This document shows, piece by piece, positions 23,640 to 24,000 of a stretch of DNA of 24,000 nucleotides (within the stretch, counting starts at the first letter, position 1; the number at the start of each line of letters is the position of its first letter). Location: contig NZ_JBFAZB010000004.1 in the NCBI RefSeq assembly GCF_040681575.1, positions 38,671-62,670 on the forward strand. Reading direction: 5' to 3'. Origin of the DNA: Kitasatospora sp. NPDC051702 (GTDB lineage Bacteria > Actinomycetota > Actinomycetes > Streptomycetales > Streptomycetaceae). A program made the translations under genes and the position numbers. The notes beneath the pieces were generated by a model. That model worked only from the letters and a program-made list of their open reading frames with translations. It ran no database searches and had not been told where the DNA came from.

Positions 23640-23691
23640 CGATCTAAGTTCGTCAATTAGAACTTAGATCGTCCGAACGAACTAAGTTCGT
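23640..23691. promoter_or_regulatory. Two palindromic operators sharing CTAAGTTCGTCA (candidate TetR sites)
   Basis: CGATCTAAGTTC (23640-51) and GAACTTAGATCG (23660-71) form a perfect 12-bp inverted repeat with an 8-nt spacer. ACGAACTAAGTTCGT (23677-91) is a perfect 15-nt palindrome. This AT-rich island lies between the divergent starts at 23618 (-) and 23714 (+). Confidence 0.65.
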
Positions 23692-23713
23692 CACGATGTC
23701 CGGGAGGCATGTG

Positions 23714-24000
23714 ATGCGAGTTTCCGTCGTCGGAGCCGGCCTGGGGGGCCTGACCCTCGCGCAGGGTCTGCGCGGGGCCGGGATCGAGGCCGAGGTGTTC
23801 GAACGCGACCCCGGCATCGCCGCACGCTTCCAGGGCTACCGCCTCGTCCTGGACCCGACCGGCTTCCAGGCGCTGCGCGCCTGCCTGCCGACGCGCTGGC
23901 ACGCGCTGCTGGACGAGATCGTCATGCCCGCCGCCGCCGAACAACTGGTCCTGGACCCCCAGCTGAACGAGATCGGCAGGCTCGGCGCGGGCCGCACCGG
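23714..24000 (+). CDS. FAD-dependent monooxygenase (partial, runs off the window)
   Basis: It is absent from the ORF track because no stop lies within the window. GGGAGG (23702-07) precedes ATG 23714. My own translation reads MRVSVVGAGLGGLTLAQGLRGAGIEAEVFERD, a GxGxxG Rossmann dinucleotide-binding motif. Confidence 0.7.
   Translation, partial: MRVSVVGAGLGGLTLAQGLRGAGIEAEVFERDPGIAARFQGYRLVLDPTGFQALRACLPTRWHALLDEIVMPAAAEQLVLDPQLNEIGRLGAGRT

Overview
Very high-GC, GC3-biased actinomycete (Streptomyces-like) chromosomal DNA. All family names come from motifs I recognise in the supplied translations; no database search was possible. Most long ORFs in the track are R/P/G/A-rich antisense or off-frame shadows and were discarded.

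Layout:
- 1-5.1 kb: a PLP-dependent decarboxylase and two Tat-signal oxidases (a multicopper oxidase and a CKX/VAO-type FAD oxidase).
- 5.2-7.8 kb: a small ORF with a Gly-Pro-Gln 9-bp repeat tail. It is followed by a lower-GC solo tnpB element (IS200/IS605-type RNA-guided nuclease with an intact RuvC triad and Zn finger, and a presumed omega-RNA region). A perfect 15-bp hairpin sits at the tnpB start and an orphan tRNA 3'-end-like fragment lies beside the element.
- 7.8-12.3 kb: housekeeping-like genes, namely YciI, phosphoglucomutase, a divergent MFS/ArsR pair with an AT-rich operator, and a VOC/glyoxalase protein.
- 12.4-18.9 kb: an accessory stretch of small genes. These are a hypothetical, DUF4287, a PPOX/F420 protein, a split SMI1/KNR4 (SUKH) gene, a secreted C39-like peptidase, a frameshifted YrhB-like gene, a 256-aa hypothetical, a BldB-like DUF397 overlapping a WhiJ-like XRE regulator, and two translationally coupled small ORFs.
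- 19.1-22.2 kb: an ECF sigma, a membrane-anchored protein with an internal duplication, and a Tat-secreted PI-PLC preceded by an ECF-type promoter motif.
- 22.3-24.0 kb: a P-loop ATPase, TetR, palindromic operators and a partial FAD monooxygenase.

The most unusual signal is a 25-nt palindrome, GGGAAGTCGGCGGGGCCGACTTCCC. It occurs four times with conserved flanks, always in the same orientation and always at gene 3' ends. It divides the accessory stretch into cassette-like blocks.
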